In this document: one piece after another, positions 1-12,529 of the stretch | Position numbering within the stretch: position 1 is the first letter of the stretch | Layout of the letters: each line of letters starts with the position of its first letter | DNA from: Felis catus | Lineage: Eukaryota | DNA: 64,000 nucleotides | Direction: 5' to 3' | NCBI RefSeq assembly: GCF_018350175.1 | Contig: NC_058368.1 | Span: forward strand, 1,488,001-1,552,000 | The notes under the pieces: model-generated | What the model was told of the DNA's origin: nothing | Databases searched by the model: none | The model's input: the letters and a program-made list of their open reading frames with translations, nothing else | Program-made: the position numbers and the translations under genes

Positions 1-794
1 ACTTCTGCAGCCCAGCGCAGGAGGAACAGAAATTCAGCCTCACGATTACATTGCTCAGAACGGTGAATAAAACCCAAGATAAGCAACTTCCAAAGCTCAT
101 TACCAACACATTCCAACAGGCTGAGAATCTGCTGATGGCTTCGTGATTCACTCCAGCTCACCTCCACCTACCCTACCTGGATGGGGCAAGAATTTATGGG
201 CAGTACAAGCTCAGCTATTGTCTGGGAGAGGGTTTATCATCACAACACAACTTCCTTTATTGTGATCATTAGCTTAAGAGTACTGACTTGAAATCACATT
301 CCTGGCCAACAGGATCTTGTCCCCCAGTGACCTAATCTTGGGCTACTAGACTAGAGCCGGATTTGTCCTTCTGGCATTTCCAAGCCTACGAGGGCTGCTC
401 CCCCCCAATTCTGAGCCAGACTGGAAGGGGAAGAATGGGGTGGGCGTCTGTGAGACAATACAACAGAACCCAGCAACCTTGTTCCCTTATATACCTCGCT
501 CCCATCTTGTTCCCAGACAGCCCTTGTCCTTGCCGGGCATACATGGCTGTGTGGGGACAGACAAAACCACAGGCGATGACAGGACAGTATGTCATGATCT
601 AGGCTGCCGTGAAGACAAGGTGTGTCTTATTCCCAGCACTTTCTCTTTCTGACCTGGAAATGGTGCCTGCAGCTCCTCTCCCCCTTCTCGAATGGACAGG
701 CCTCCACAGGAGCCTCCCTTACCTTTTTCCGCCCCACCTTTCTTAGAATTTCTCCTCCACGCTTGGCTGCAAGTAGAAAAATATGCCCTCCAGT

Positions 795-1275
795 TGGTGA
801 ATGAAACTGAAAACGGGAACACTATAAAGAAAATCGATGAAACAAAAAGTGGCTTCTTCAAAATAATCAGTAAAATTAACAAAGCTCTAGCAAGACTGAC
901 AAGGATACAAAGAGAGTGGACACAAATGCCCCACATCAGGAACAAAACCAGGGATATCACTACAGACCCTGCCAACAACTTTATGCTCATGAACTCAACA
1001 ACTCAGAAGAAACGGAACAATTTCTTAAAAACCACAAACCACCAAACTCAACCAAGATGAAACAGACAGCCTGAATGGTTCTCATAACCATTAAAGAATC
1101 TGAACTTGTAATTAAAAACCTCCTGGAAGGATGCCTCGGTGGCTCAGTCAGCTGAGCGCCCGCCTCTTAATTTTGTCTCAGGTCACAATCCCAGGGTCGT
1201 GGGATCGAGGCCTGCATCGGGTTCCAAGCTCAGTGTGAAGCCTGCTTGAGATTCTCTCTCTCCCCCCACTCTCAC

Positions 1276-1322
<47 letters not shown>

Positions 1323-1705
1323 ATACCTCCCTCCTGGAAAAGAGGTTTTTCTCCAGGCCCAGGTGGTTTCACTGGAGATTTCTACCAAACATTTAAAGAA
1401 GAATTAACAAAAATGTTATAATCTCTTCCAGAAAATAGACGGAGAGAAAACTTCCCATTTTATGCATTATTACCTTGATATCTAATACAGTGTTACCTTG
1501 ATATCAAAATCAAATATAGTAAAAGAGAGAGAAAAAGGAAAACTACAAACTAATGTTTCCTCTGAACTTAGATGCAACAAAACATAAGCGAACTGACCCC
1601 AGCAACGTCTAGAAAGAATTACACATCTAGTGGTATTTATTCTAGGTCTGCAAGGCTGGTCCAACATGGGAAAATCGACCGATGTAACCTACCAGGTCGA
1701 CAAAA
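795..1705 (+). mobile_element. Decayed L1 ORF2 fragment, interrupted by a SINE
   Basis: ORF 692..1060 reads NETENGNTIKKIDETKSGFFKIISKINKALARL...IRNKTRDITTDP (L1 ORF2-like). Downstream ccaggcccaggtggtttcactggagatttctaccaaacatttaaagaagaa ([17 protein letters not shown] relic). Confidence 0.9.
1129..1329 (+). mobile_element. Can-SINE with (TAAA)n tail
   Basis: tRNA-derived head gtggctcagtcag, (TAAA)n tail 1280-1324, TSD cctcctggaa at 1119-1128 and 1330-1339. Confidence 0.9.
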
Positions 1706-4515
1706 TTAGCAAGTGGCGGAACAGCACCCTTCTGCTCCCCTGACATCCACATTAAGGCACCGCCACGGCTAAGTGGAAATGCAAGCCATCCTTCTGGCCA
1801 GGTGCCCTGCCTGGCCCACTCTAGCTCACACCGCAACTTGTGGGTAGGACCCCTGGAAATTCACACTTCGATCGGACTTGTGCAGAGCTGCTGACACACA
1901 GACAACAAGGAACAGTATTCTTCCACCCGCCTGCTGATGCAGCACCCCGGAAGCCAGGACGCCAGCATCTGGGCCCACGTCTGCGCAAGGCATACTAGTG
2001 CTCTGCAGCCAAGTCACCTTACAGCCCTCGGCCCTAAACAGCCAGCCCTAGCTCTGCCAAATTTCAACTCGCTCTGCGAATGCAGAAGGCACGAGACTGA
2101 AGCAGCCATAGTGTCCTTGAGTAAGTAAGGCAGCCCTGCTCGTCTGCGCTGTGTTCGCTGCCAGAAGGCTGGGGCCCCGGCCCACGTGTGAAACCCACTC
2201 CCGGGAGAGAACGTCTTTGAAAGAAAAACTCTGCGAGGCCTTTGGATCTTTCCAACTTAAAATGTATAAAAATCTCCAGTTTTCACTGTAACATTTCCCC
2301 AATTGATCTGCTTTTTATACCAAAGTTGCCCTTAAATGTTTTGAAGTACACTTGGAACACCCTAAAATCTAAATTCAAGTTCAACTGGCTCTGACGTGGT
2401 GAGTCAAAGGGGCGTCATTCGGCCCCAGCCCTGACAGGGCCCAGCACACGCGTGCAGATTTGCACAGGTGAAGGTGGGGCTCGGGAGGGGTTTGCTCGCC
2501 TTGTCTGCCCCTCAGGATCTTAGGTGGAAACAGACCACAGGCGGCACAGGTTTTCTTTCAAGAAATTCATGTGATCAAGTCAAGACTACTCAGACCACCC
2601 CACCTAATGGGCACAAATGTTGATCCACTGATCCCAGGAGGAGGCAGGAGAAACGTGCCTTTTGTGTGTCTGCTGGGGTGCACCGTTGCGAACCCAGCGG
2701 AGGATCCCATGGCTGCTTACGTGGCCGGGGGGCAGTGCTCTCACGGCGTGGCTCTGACTCTGCTAAGCCCAGAGCCTAGGGAAAGCAGGGCTCCTGCGGG
2801 GTGTTCAGAGCCCACGCCCGTGGCTCCTCTGCTCTCAGAAGTCACTGCTTCAGAAGTGGACGCACGGCCGGCGTGCTACTGGCACTCCCACGTGTGGGAG
2901 GCCGACAAAGTAGCAGTCTCTGGGCGGCAACGGTTAAGAGCAGGTACAACACGGGCGGCCCCGCCCCCTCGGATGTTCCCTCTGCGAGCCCCTGTCCCAC
3001 ACCTGGACCACTTCACCTGTCACCACAGAGCTCAGGGATGCCCGTCACCCTATTCACAACCTGGAGAGAGGGACCTATAGTTCCTAGACCCGTCTTAATT
3101 CTGTCTGCAAATCATCTTTATTTTCTAAAACGGACTGATCTCCTGGACATTCACCAAGGAAAACTCTTGAGGTTCTATTCACACTTTGTCATGTCTGTAG
3201 CCTCTTCGCAATTTGTCACAAACTATCCTGCTGGATTGTAGCACATGGTGCCTCATGGAGACTCCAGGCACGTGAGTGCCACTGCAGCCAACAACAGACA
3301 CACGCGGGACTCTCCGGCATGAGACCCAAGAGTGAGAACGTTCCTGCAAGTCGGTAACATGACCACGCCCAGTCTGCCATCAGCCGCCAGAGACGGGACA
3401 ATCTAAAGGAGGGCGGACGAAATGAGGCGGTAGAGCAGCCACATTCAGTAACTCCTCCAGCCCTCCCTCCGTGTCTGGCCAGTAAAGCGGAGAACTGGAA
3501 TCCTCCACGGCTCCTCCAAGGGGAGCGCTGCCACCCTCCACCGACCTGCCAAACTTGGGAGCTTCCCAACTACCCCCGGTTCTGCTTTGGGGTCAACACA
3601 CAGAGGATCCTCTGTGTGTGACTCCCACCTAATTCCTCTGCCCCAGAACCTCCAGGTTTTCCCTTGAGCTGGCTCACATCCTTCTGACTGGAGAAAGCAA
3701 GTTTCAGCTCAGGGCTTTTCTTTACCCCTTTGGGCCTACGTTACTTTACAAAAAAGGCAAAAACTGCCATAAAACCTCTCTGTGTTTCACTGTAACACTG
3801 AACTTTTCTGGTGGTCTATTGAAGTGTTCCAGACAAGTGGAAATGATGTAAAAACAGCTCTGAGGAAGTGCTTTCAGTTCAGTGTGGCTTTAAATATTCT
3901 ACTACTGATACTCAAAGAACATTCTACAATTATTAGGAAGTTAAAACTATGAACTTAACAGTGAAAATCCCAACAAGGACACAGGATTGCAGCTACTGTG
4001 TGGCAACTGGACACGGCAGTCAGGACAGATGATGAATCTAACAGGGACGGGGCAGAATGCCGTAACCAGGAAGCAGGAGGGTCACATACATCACGCGCTG
4101 GGCAGCTAAAATGCGATGCCCACAGGCCGGCCCCCTTCTTCCCGTGTCAGGCTGGGGTTGGCAGGCTCCCATAGGAGCTCTGGGCCTATTCCAGGAACAG
4201 ACAATTCAGCCCAAGCTTCGTTCCCCTTGCCTTGCGTACCCGGATAGACCCTCGCTCGCTCCACCATGTTTCTGCAACATGAGCATGGACGGTGTTGTTC
4301 ACCCATGTAGAAGCTGAGGAAGCATCAACAAGCAACTGGATGGAAAACACAGTCTGAGCCCAAGACCCCTGGACTCTTCACTGCAAGTCCTGGGGCTGCT
4401 CCAAGGTCTATCCTGCCTGGAACCAGGTCTTTCGTACAAATATAGAAGCGAGGTGTAGAGCTTTGTACAAATGTATGCAGCGAGGTGATTTCTAAAGTCA
4501 CATGTAAAATCTTTT

Positions 4516-4736
4516 GGGGCATCTGGGTGGCTTAGTCGGTTAAGCGTCAGACTTTGACTCAGGCCATAATCTCGCAGTCTGTGAGTTCAAGCCCTGCATC
4601 AGGCTCTGTGCTGACAGCTCGGAGCCTGGAGCCTGCTTTGGATTCTGTGTCTCCCTCTCTCTCTGCCCCTCCCCTGTTCACACTCTGTCTCTCTCTCAAA
4701 AATAAATAAACATTAAAAAAATTAAGAATAAATAAA
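4516..4736 (+). mobile_element. Can-SINE (SINEC_Fc2/3-like)
   Basis: Full head, CT tract, A tail; 23-bp TSD taaagtcac(a/t)tgtaaaatctttt at 4493-4515 and 4737-4759. Confidence 0.95.
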
Positions 4737-5277
4737 TAAAGTCACTTGTAAAATCTTTTAATGAAAGGACAGGGTTAAGTGTGTGTGCATAACTTCCTAT
4801 TTATATTTAAGATAAGCATAGCGCTAACAAGTTTAAGGATTGCCCATTGTTTCTTCCTCAAGCTCTTGAAATAAACTGGGTTCCTTTAGAGGATACAAGT
4901 TTACTCAAAATTTAGTTTTTCCCTCTTGAAAAATTATAACACTGGGGGAAAACCTGACCCTGTGAGAAAATGCAGTATTGTCACACAGAGATAATTATGT
5001 GGTAATGATACGAAAGGGCAGGAAGCAGAGAAGTCCATCATCAGGTGTGAATATCAAATGACTTACTGTAACAGGAATCTCTGAAACATACAATGAACTG
5101 CCACATTACATTTTATTTTCCTTGCCTGTTGACTGAACCTGAGAGAAGAGCTTGCCCTCAGTCCCCAGAACAGAACAGGCAGGACCGAGCGCTGACTTTC
5201 CCACCCCGCCATGCAGCCCCAGGACACGCGGCTACCCTTCCCCTCCAACAGCCAGAGGCTGGAAGCAGCCCACGCAC

Positions 5278-5472
5278 CTCCACCAGCCGCCAGGCCTCGC
5301 TGATGACGGCATACTGGAGGCGATTCAGGACAAAGCCATCCATCTCCTTCAAGACTCTGACTGGGGACTGTCCGATCTTCCGCATCAGGGCGTGGGTTCT
5401 GTCCACCGTCACAGGGGCCGTCTCTGGGTGTGGGACCAGCTCAACCAATGGCACGTAATACGGTGGATTTAC
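5278..5472 (-). CDS. CRYL1: CRYL1 coding exon (human exon 5 equivalent)
   Basis: Translation [65 protein letters not shown] (core of ORF 5158..5454). 3-hydroxyacyl-CoA-dehydrogenase-family GFVLNR motif (N196). Branch-like ctgac, pyrimidine tract, then ataag|GTA; donor GAG|gtgcgt; 195 nt, phase 0/0. Confidence 0.97.
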
Positions 5473-6394
5473 CTTATGAGAGAGACGGAAGGGGAGAAGA
5501 GTCAGAAGACAGCCCTGGAGCCGGGGTGCTGTTCTGGCAGACTGCTTGCCTATCCTGAATGGTCAGATGGTACAGATTTGTCTGGGGAAGGGCCACTTTA
5601 GATTCAGCATCTGATGACAAGAAACTTGAAATATAAAGTAGTCCACAAAGGAGGGAAAGAAAAAACCTGAGCACAAAAATCTGTGTGTTTTATTTATTGA
5701 AAAATCATAACTAGCACATGAGGTTGAAATTTGGAGGTGTAGACGACCATCCTATGCTTTCAGAGCTAATCTCCAGACCCCTGGCCTCCCCCAGGATTTC
5801 TCAGCTATCCACTGTCTAGACCTCACAGGCTTTCGCCCAGCCCCAGCCCTCCTCCAGACCCACCTTCCAAAACCCTCACTGCGGGGTGTTGCTATTCTAC
5901 TGTGTCAGGGTTAAAAATTGACAGCATCTTCCCAAAACTTGGTATTTCCTTAACGTGTCCATGTTGAGCCCCAAACGTGTCCCGCCAATCAAATCTCACC
6001 TACACAGAGGTCACGCAGCATCAGAACACTACCGCAGCCTTGACGTCGTGACACGGCCTAAGGTGGGAAGGGTTGGTCCACGATGAGCGGGCCCAGGTGG
6101 AAATGCCTGCCTAGCCCAGCATTTACACTTTGTGCTCCGGGTTTCTTGGTTTATTTTTTTTATTTTTGTCTTTTGTTTGTTTCTTCGTTTATTTTGAGAA
6201 ACTGTTCTTGAAGAGTCCCAAAGAGGATTATCCTCAGTCCAAAGAAAAGGCTGCTTAGTAGAATCAGATTAACCTCACCATTAAAAGCCAAATGCACTGC
6301 AGTAAACTGTATGCCAAATACTTGTAATTTTTCCTCAATATATAGAGGAAAATTGATAGAATCTTACAGTCACTAAATTACTACAAGAAGCATC

Positions 6395-6493
6395 TTTTTT
6401 TTTTTCTTTTTTAAAGTAGGCTCCATACCCAAGATCAAGACCTGAGCTGAGATCAAGAGTCAGATGCTTAACTGACTGAGCCACCACGAAGTC
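6395..6493 (-). mobile_element. Short, internally deleted Can-SINE
   Basis: Poly-T, aagtaggctcc, then gagtcagatgcttaactgactgagccacc; TSD caagaagcatc at 6384-6394 and 6494-6504. Confidence 0.85.
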
Positions 6494-6525
6494 CAAGAAG
6501 CATCCATTTTAAAATGACTTCTACA

Positions 6526-6759
6526 GGGGTGCCTGGGTGGCTCAGTCGGTTAAACATCCCAACTTTGGCTCGGGTCACGATCTCACGGTTCATGAGTTCA
6601 AGCCCCGTGTCGGGCTCTGTGCTGACAGCTCAGAGCCTGGAGACTGCTTCTGATTCTGTGTCTCCCTCTCTCTGCCCCTCCCCTGCTCACACTCTGTTTC
6701 TGTGTGTGTTTGTGTGTCTCAAATAAACCTTTTTTAAAAATTTAAAAATACATACATAC
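6526..6759 (+). mobile_element. Can-SINE
   Basis: ggggtgcctgggtggctcagtcggttaa head; TSD aatgacttctacag at 6513-6526 and 6760-6773. Confidence 0.95.
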
Positions 6760-7319
6760 AATGACTTCTACAGAAAAGGGAAAGAAAACCTTCCTTCTCC
6801 TAGGACACTGCTTAGGAGGGGCCTCTGGTCCACAAACAGCTTAGCTTCAGAGGTTCCCTGTGCTCTCGGCCTGCCCTGGTCACGCTCAGCCCTCTTAGAA
6901 AGCAAAAGAGGACGGCATCTGTTTTCAGATAAATAAATTGTAAATCAGTGCCTCAACTGAATCACTTGTCTCCTGCCTATGATCATCGAGCTCATAAAAA
7001 TGTCTAACCTGTGGCCTTTTCAAAGATTAGAATTGTAAGAACTGGAAGCCTGTCTACTTAGATGGATTTTATCTTCCTATAAGACAAAGACTACGTCTTT
7101 GGGGCTTGGGGTCTTTCAATGCCGTAAGCCTCATGGGCGGCACAATCCCAGACCGAGACACCGGCTACAGAGGATCCGCACGCACAACGTGCTCCCCGGC
7201 CCGCATCCTCCCTAAGTGGCGGTTCTCCCGGCTGCCACCGCTGGCCTCCCTCTGTGCCCACTCCCAGGCTCTGGGCAGAGCTGGGTGGCTCTCAGGGTGC
7301 CTCCCCCACCCCAAACCCC

Positions 7320-7740
7320 GAGGTCTCACTTGGAGCTCGCCCCCCATTCCAGGCTGTATCTGTACCTGTGCACCGGACACACTCCTAGGACACCTAACGA
7401 GCATACACTCGACCTGTCACAAATCAAACTCCCGTCCCTCCCGCCCCCACACAGGGTCCTCTTCCCGGCGCCCCATCTTGGCGAGAACACCATCGCCCCA
7501 ACATGCAACGCCCAAGTCAGCACCGTGAGAAGTATCCTCGGTGCCCGCCTCTCCCTGGCCTGCCCCACTTCCCATCGGTGATCCTGTCAGTTCTATTCAC
7601 GTCTCTGGAAAAACCCATTCCCGCCACCGCACACGCACACTTGGCTCGGGCCGTCGCCTCCCGCTCAGATTCCGGCACTCTCCTCCCTGGCCTCTCTCTC
7701 CAGGCCCATCCTCTCGCCACCGCCAGGGTGAGCCTTTGTC
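7320..7740 (+). mobile_element. Ancient L2 fragment, GC/CpG-enriched
   Basis: Colinear with L2 3' consensus motifs (ccccatct...caccatc...tcctgtcagttcta...ccagggtgagcttt-like). Confidence 0.6.
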
Positions 7741-7749
7741 AGGCAGGGG

Positions 7750-7960
7750 CCTGTCAGATCCAGAGGCAGAAGGGAGAACGAGGCTGCCGGGCCGGAGAGC
7801 TGCTGCTCCCTGGGGGCGGAGTTTCAGCTTCCCAAGAAAGACTTCTGCGGATGGAGTTCTGTGCTGCACGGCCGTGTGAACGTGCTCACTGCCGCTGAAC
7901 TGTACACAGTTTCAAGCCTTACACGTGTCTCATCACAATGTTTTTTTAAAACTTAAAAAC
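7750..7960 (+). mobile_element. Old L1 (L1MB-like) 3' UTR end, GC/CpG-enriched
   Basis: gagtttcagctt...ttctgcggatgga...tgtgaacgtgctcactgccgctgaactgtacac...cacaatgtttttttaaa follows the typical L1MB 3' terminus. Confidence 0.75.
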
Positions 7961-10900
7961 AGGATGCCGACTGCACCACCCCCAGCTCAAAGCCCTGCAG
8001 GACCCTGATTCCCCAGCACCCGCGGAAACCCAGGTGCACGGTCCAGCTCTTCGTGCTTCCTGAAACAGGCCGCGTTCACGCTTTGTGTCCACGCGCTCGA
8101 GCCGGGCAGCTGCTGGGAGAGGACCTCCCGGAGCCTGAGGGCCCGCAGGGGGTGGTTCTTGCCGCGGCACCTCAGTCCTGTGACAGGGACACTGATGCCA
8201 ACTGCAGGCTGGGAGAGGGACGGGACAATCAGGTGGAGAGATGAGAGGAGGGAGGAGGGAGGAGGGACGGGAGGGGCCACGGAAATAAGCAAAGAAGCGA
8301 CTCTCTCAAAAGGAAAGGAACGGCTGTGTTCCCCGGAACGCCTGGGCCTTCCGGGATCGGGGTCTGTGAGTTAGACTGAGAATCACGCCTTGAAGAAATG
8401 GGAAAAACAAAACAAACGAGGGGAAAAGGAGGCAGTGTCTCTAAAGGCTACAGGAGCCGGTCCACGGGCTCTCCAGAGCGGGCAGCGCTGTGCCGGAGGC
8501 GAGACGGAGGGCCTGGCCGGTGAGGCTCTTTGAGAGCTCAGGTGGGGCCGGGCGGTACGAGGGGGGGCATTCTCCATTCACCTCGTGAAAAGCCTGCCCA
8601 GAACCTGGACCAGAGCCTGGGAGGCATGTGATCGCGGAGATAGCACAGCGCGCCCAACACAGAGGCTTCGTTTATTTTCTCTGCAGCAGATGAAACAGAG
8701 TTAAACTCAGAGGAAAGGCAGCCGGCCCCTTCTCCCAGAAGACAGCCGCGGCGATCTGCAATTCATTGGCACGGCTCCGCGGAGGGGGCACTCCCGACCA
8801 GGCGAACTCCTCTTCTTTACGAGAGGAGTGGAAGTAAAAATGAAGGGGCGGCTTGCTTACAGCAGGCCGAGAGGCCTAATCCCCCACCATGTTGATAATT
8901 TTCAGAGTAAAGCCCTTTCATGAGTGACAGCCCATCCCACCCCACCTTCCTGAACCCTCCACAGACAGAGGCGGGAAGGCTGCCCCTCTGACGGGCAGCA
9001 GCTGACAATCTGAAACGGGCACCGCCTACACACGCACACACATACGCTCTCCAGAAACAGCAAGCTCCGGGACGGACGTTCAAATTACCACCAACACGAG
9101 GGCAAGTGGTTCCGGGGTCAGGCGGGAGAGTGAGTAACAAAGGTGGCAAGCGTAGGCAAGGTGCTCAGATGGGAACATTCTGGGCACCTTATGTGAGCAG
9201 TGCCCGGTTTAATTCCAGGCTGTGTTATAGCTCCGTGGCTGCCAAGTAACCAACGTGAGAGATGAGTAGACGAGAGTTAGGACCTGTCTCCACTCAACAC
9301 TGGAATCCCTGAGCCATGTGCATCCTTCCCAGGCAGCCTCATCCACAGAGCATCCATAAGAGGGGCGCCAGGAGCATCCGATGGGCTAAAGCAGCCCCCA
9401 CCAGCTCCATGGGACCACCATGTCCCCAACTGAAGTAAGGCTGTAAAGTGTGGCTGAAACCGTTTTGACTGATTGCTAACATAGATCCAGGCACCAAGAG
9501 AGACTGCGACCAAACTCAACTTTGAGATCATCATCATCAGCGAACGTCTCCCAGCCACCAGATGCCCATCCCTGAGCCCCTCTACACACCCACAGGGAGA
9601 TGAGGCAGACCAGGAAACGCAACATAAGAAACATTGGAGAGCAAGAATGTCAGGGACACATTAACACCCCTCTTCCTGAGCCCGTCACCTCCTGGCTCTA
9701 GTCTAGGAAGCCCACTTGAAAATCCCAAACTACCCGTGTGCTGAGAGAACACGCCCACCCCGTAGTGACCCCCGCTCACCCCCCAGTGCTCAGATGACCC
9801 AGAGCTCCTCCCCCCCCCACTCCCAGCGAGACAACATGTGTTTGCCCAAAAGACAACACGTGATGTCGAAACTCGCTGGCTGCCGGCTCTTCTGTGGAGG
9901 GCTGGAGGCGGCAATCTTTCGCAACTGCTGACTATCCACTCTCGCCACAGCCTTTCAGAGGCACGAAGAAGGGGCTTCCTTTTCCTTTGTTCTATTTCCT
10001 GTCTGGGCAAAGAACTGTGGGTGCCTGGGGCAGGATGTTGAGGCGGCGGCGTGTGAGCCGATGCTCCGGGCCGAAGGGAAACAAGCTCCTCAGAGACCAT
10101 AAATGGTTCTGGAATATTTGGGACTGCCCGTCCAGCTTGGGTTGAATTGTTCAGCACGCCTTTTCCCCACCTGAGCTCAGTGGAATCATCTGGGCAGGAG
10201 ATCGGTGGGCAATATCAGCGCAGGAGAAAGAAAGGATAAAATTCCAAAGACGGCCGGCTTGGGTGACTGCATTTGCTTAAATTAATGTTGGCTTAGGTAT
10301 AAAATGATTTCCAAAAGTAAGAAGAGATTGATTTGTGAAACAAGGTCTGGACTTACTTTGGTTATGCTATTTGACCTTGATTAAAGAAGTAAAAGCGAGC
10401 AATCCTAAAATGGTATGAGAAATATCATTACTCAACAGTGAGTGGCTGAACTACTAGTCACAGGTACTTGTTAGGTGTGACAGGAAAGTGAAGGAGGTGT
10501 GGTGTCATCTGTCAGGTAGTTCAAAATTAAGAGACATGGGTAAAAGTCTTGATAAAGGACTTAGGAGGCATTTTCTAAACAATCTGACTTAGCTGTTTTT
10601 CCTTTTTTTCCCACCTGACTTAGAAGTAAAATTACTGGTTAGAAGTTGGAAGTTTCCAGGCAAGATTAACAATCTAATCAACAAACAGTTTACAGTTTCT
10701 AAGAGTCCTTTTTACGGACATGTAAATGTCATAAAAGCAAAGACATGTCATGTTTCGTGGCACTTGGTAACTGGATGCTTCAACTAAGGTCCCTCTTGGT
10801 GCTAATTTCCCATATCTGAGTGGTAGCTAAACATGACTGGCTTTCTTCTATATTCTGTGGGTCTGAGTCTCCATATTTTACGACCACTCTCCACTTTCCC

Positions 10901-11869
10901 TTGTACTTCGGTAGGAGGATATCCGGACATCCAGAACCATACAGTCATGTGAATGGTGGTCCAAGCCGTCCCTCCTGTCAGCACGCAGAACCAGGAGGCA
11001 TCTCTGACCCGACCTTTTTCCTCACCTCCCTGAGCAAGCCCCTTAGCCTCCCCACCCCCACACTCTAAACTACTCTTGCTCAGCGGGAGGACTTTCCCTG
11101 CTCTCAGTCTAGGACCCTCAGCCTCACCACGGCCCTGGTGGCTCATACTAGGAATCCTGCCCCAGTTCTGTGAAGTAGCTGTCCCCCTCTCTGAGCCATC
11201 TTCAATAGAAGGAACCTTCTGATCACCCTCCAAAGGCAGCACTTCCACCACATCGCAGGGCTGCCCTGTGTCTACACCAGTCCCATGTCTTCAGAGTAAC
11301 GCTCATGATTTTGTATAACCCAACCATTCCCAAGCCTTCTGGCTCTTTCCTCCTGCTCCCCAAGTACGTGAGGTGCGTGTGTCTTTCCGGTCAGGCTGGC
11401 CTCCTCACAATTCTGCATGCCCCGTGCTTGCTCTTGGCCAAGGGTCTCTGTTTATCTTCTTTCCCACCCTCACACTCTCTCCTCCCTGGTCAGCCCAGAT
11501 CCTGCCCAGCCTGGCCCTGGCTCCTCCATGCAGCCCTTCCCCGGCCTTCACCTCTGATGGCCTGCTGGTGCTGAGGGTGTGGCCATCGTCATCTACTATC
11601 GCATTCATTATGGCCGGAGCTAAGTTAGCTTTTCTGTCCTAACAAGCTGTCCCCAGTTTCCCAAGGTCACACTGAGCTCACAGCTGTTCCTCAACCTTGG
11701 CTCTCCTGATTCTCCTTTCCTCACGTTAATACATTAATCTCAAAAAGACTTACTGAGTGCTCGCACGCCAACTTGTACTCACTGTCCAACAGGCCTCATC
11801 ATGCCCCCCCGCTGTGTAAGTCTGCCCAGTTAATTACAACAGAGGGGTGCAAGGGAACAAAAAAAAGGG

Positions 11870-11980
11870 GTAGGAGGCTTAAAGTCAACCTACCGAACCA
11901 GAATCTCAGGAGCAGGACCAAGAATTTGCATTTTAGTAAAACTGATCCTACTCCGAATTGTGTTGAGGAAACCACACAGC
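11870..11980. mobile_element. MER5-like hAT MITE fragment
   Basis: cctaccgaaccagaatctcaggagcaggaccaagaatttgcatttta motif typical of MER5. Confidence 0.55.
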
Positions 11981-12189
11981 GCAGTAAAATGGCTACAAAA
12001 TCCTACTAAAAATGTGTACACATTTTTAAAATGACTCCCCGACAGTAGGATTATTTGGTTAGTACTCTCTCTCTTCAGCTAGACAGTGAGATACATAGGT
12101 GAGGGAGACAGTGTGGATTCTATCCCATCGTGCATCAGGGACACAGATACAATTCAAGACATTTTTGGATAAAATTCTCTTTAAAACTG

Positions 12190-12285
12190 CCGGGATTGCA
12201 CAACTCTCTAAATACACTGAATCACATTAGATTATCCAGCTTTAATTGTGTGGCATGCGAATTACACCTCAATAAAGCAGCTACA
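12190..12285 (+). mobile_element. Old L1 3' tail fragment
   Basis: gattgcacaactct...gcatgcgaattacacctcaataaagc. Confidence 0.6.
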
Positions 12286-12367
12286 AAACACTAGCGGATT
12301 AGCCAAGGCGTACCGCCCCGGAAAACCGGAATGAGAGGCCACCGTGCTGGCGGGTAGAGGCACTCAC

Positions 12368-12529
12368 AGGATGGGCCACGAGGCACTGCTGCACGTGTGC
12401 GAGGCCAGCAAACAACTGGGAAGGCAGGAGGCAAGAGGTGGAGCTGCTTAAGACAACTTGGTCATCGATGATTTGATCTAACTGAGCAAAAATCTTCTTC
12501 TTCAGCTCCAGGTTTTCTGGAACGCATTC
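12368..12529 (-). CDS. CRYL1: CRYL1 coding exon (human exon 4 equivalent), lambda-crystallin homolog / L-gulonate 3-dehydrogenase
   Basis: Minus-strand translation [54 protein letters not shown]. Acceptor ttcttttcag|GAA, donor CCT|gtgagt, 162 nt, phase 0/0. Contains equivalents of catalytic-region residues E97, S124, C125, H145. Not in the ORF track. Confidence 0.97.

Noticed and set aside
5158..5277. C-terminal tail of ORF 5158..5454 (VRGLLPASG...)
   Set aside because: Read-through past the GAG|gtgcgt donor into intron; similarity to CRYL1 stops at WRLVE.
7106..10157. Many overlapping ORFs on both strands
   Set aside because: Explained by high GC content and TE relics; no coherent protein similarity.
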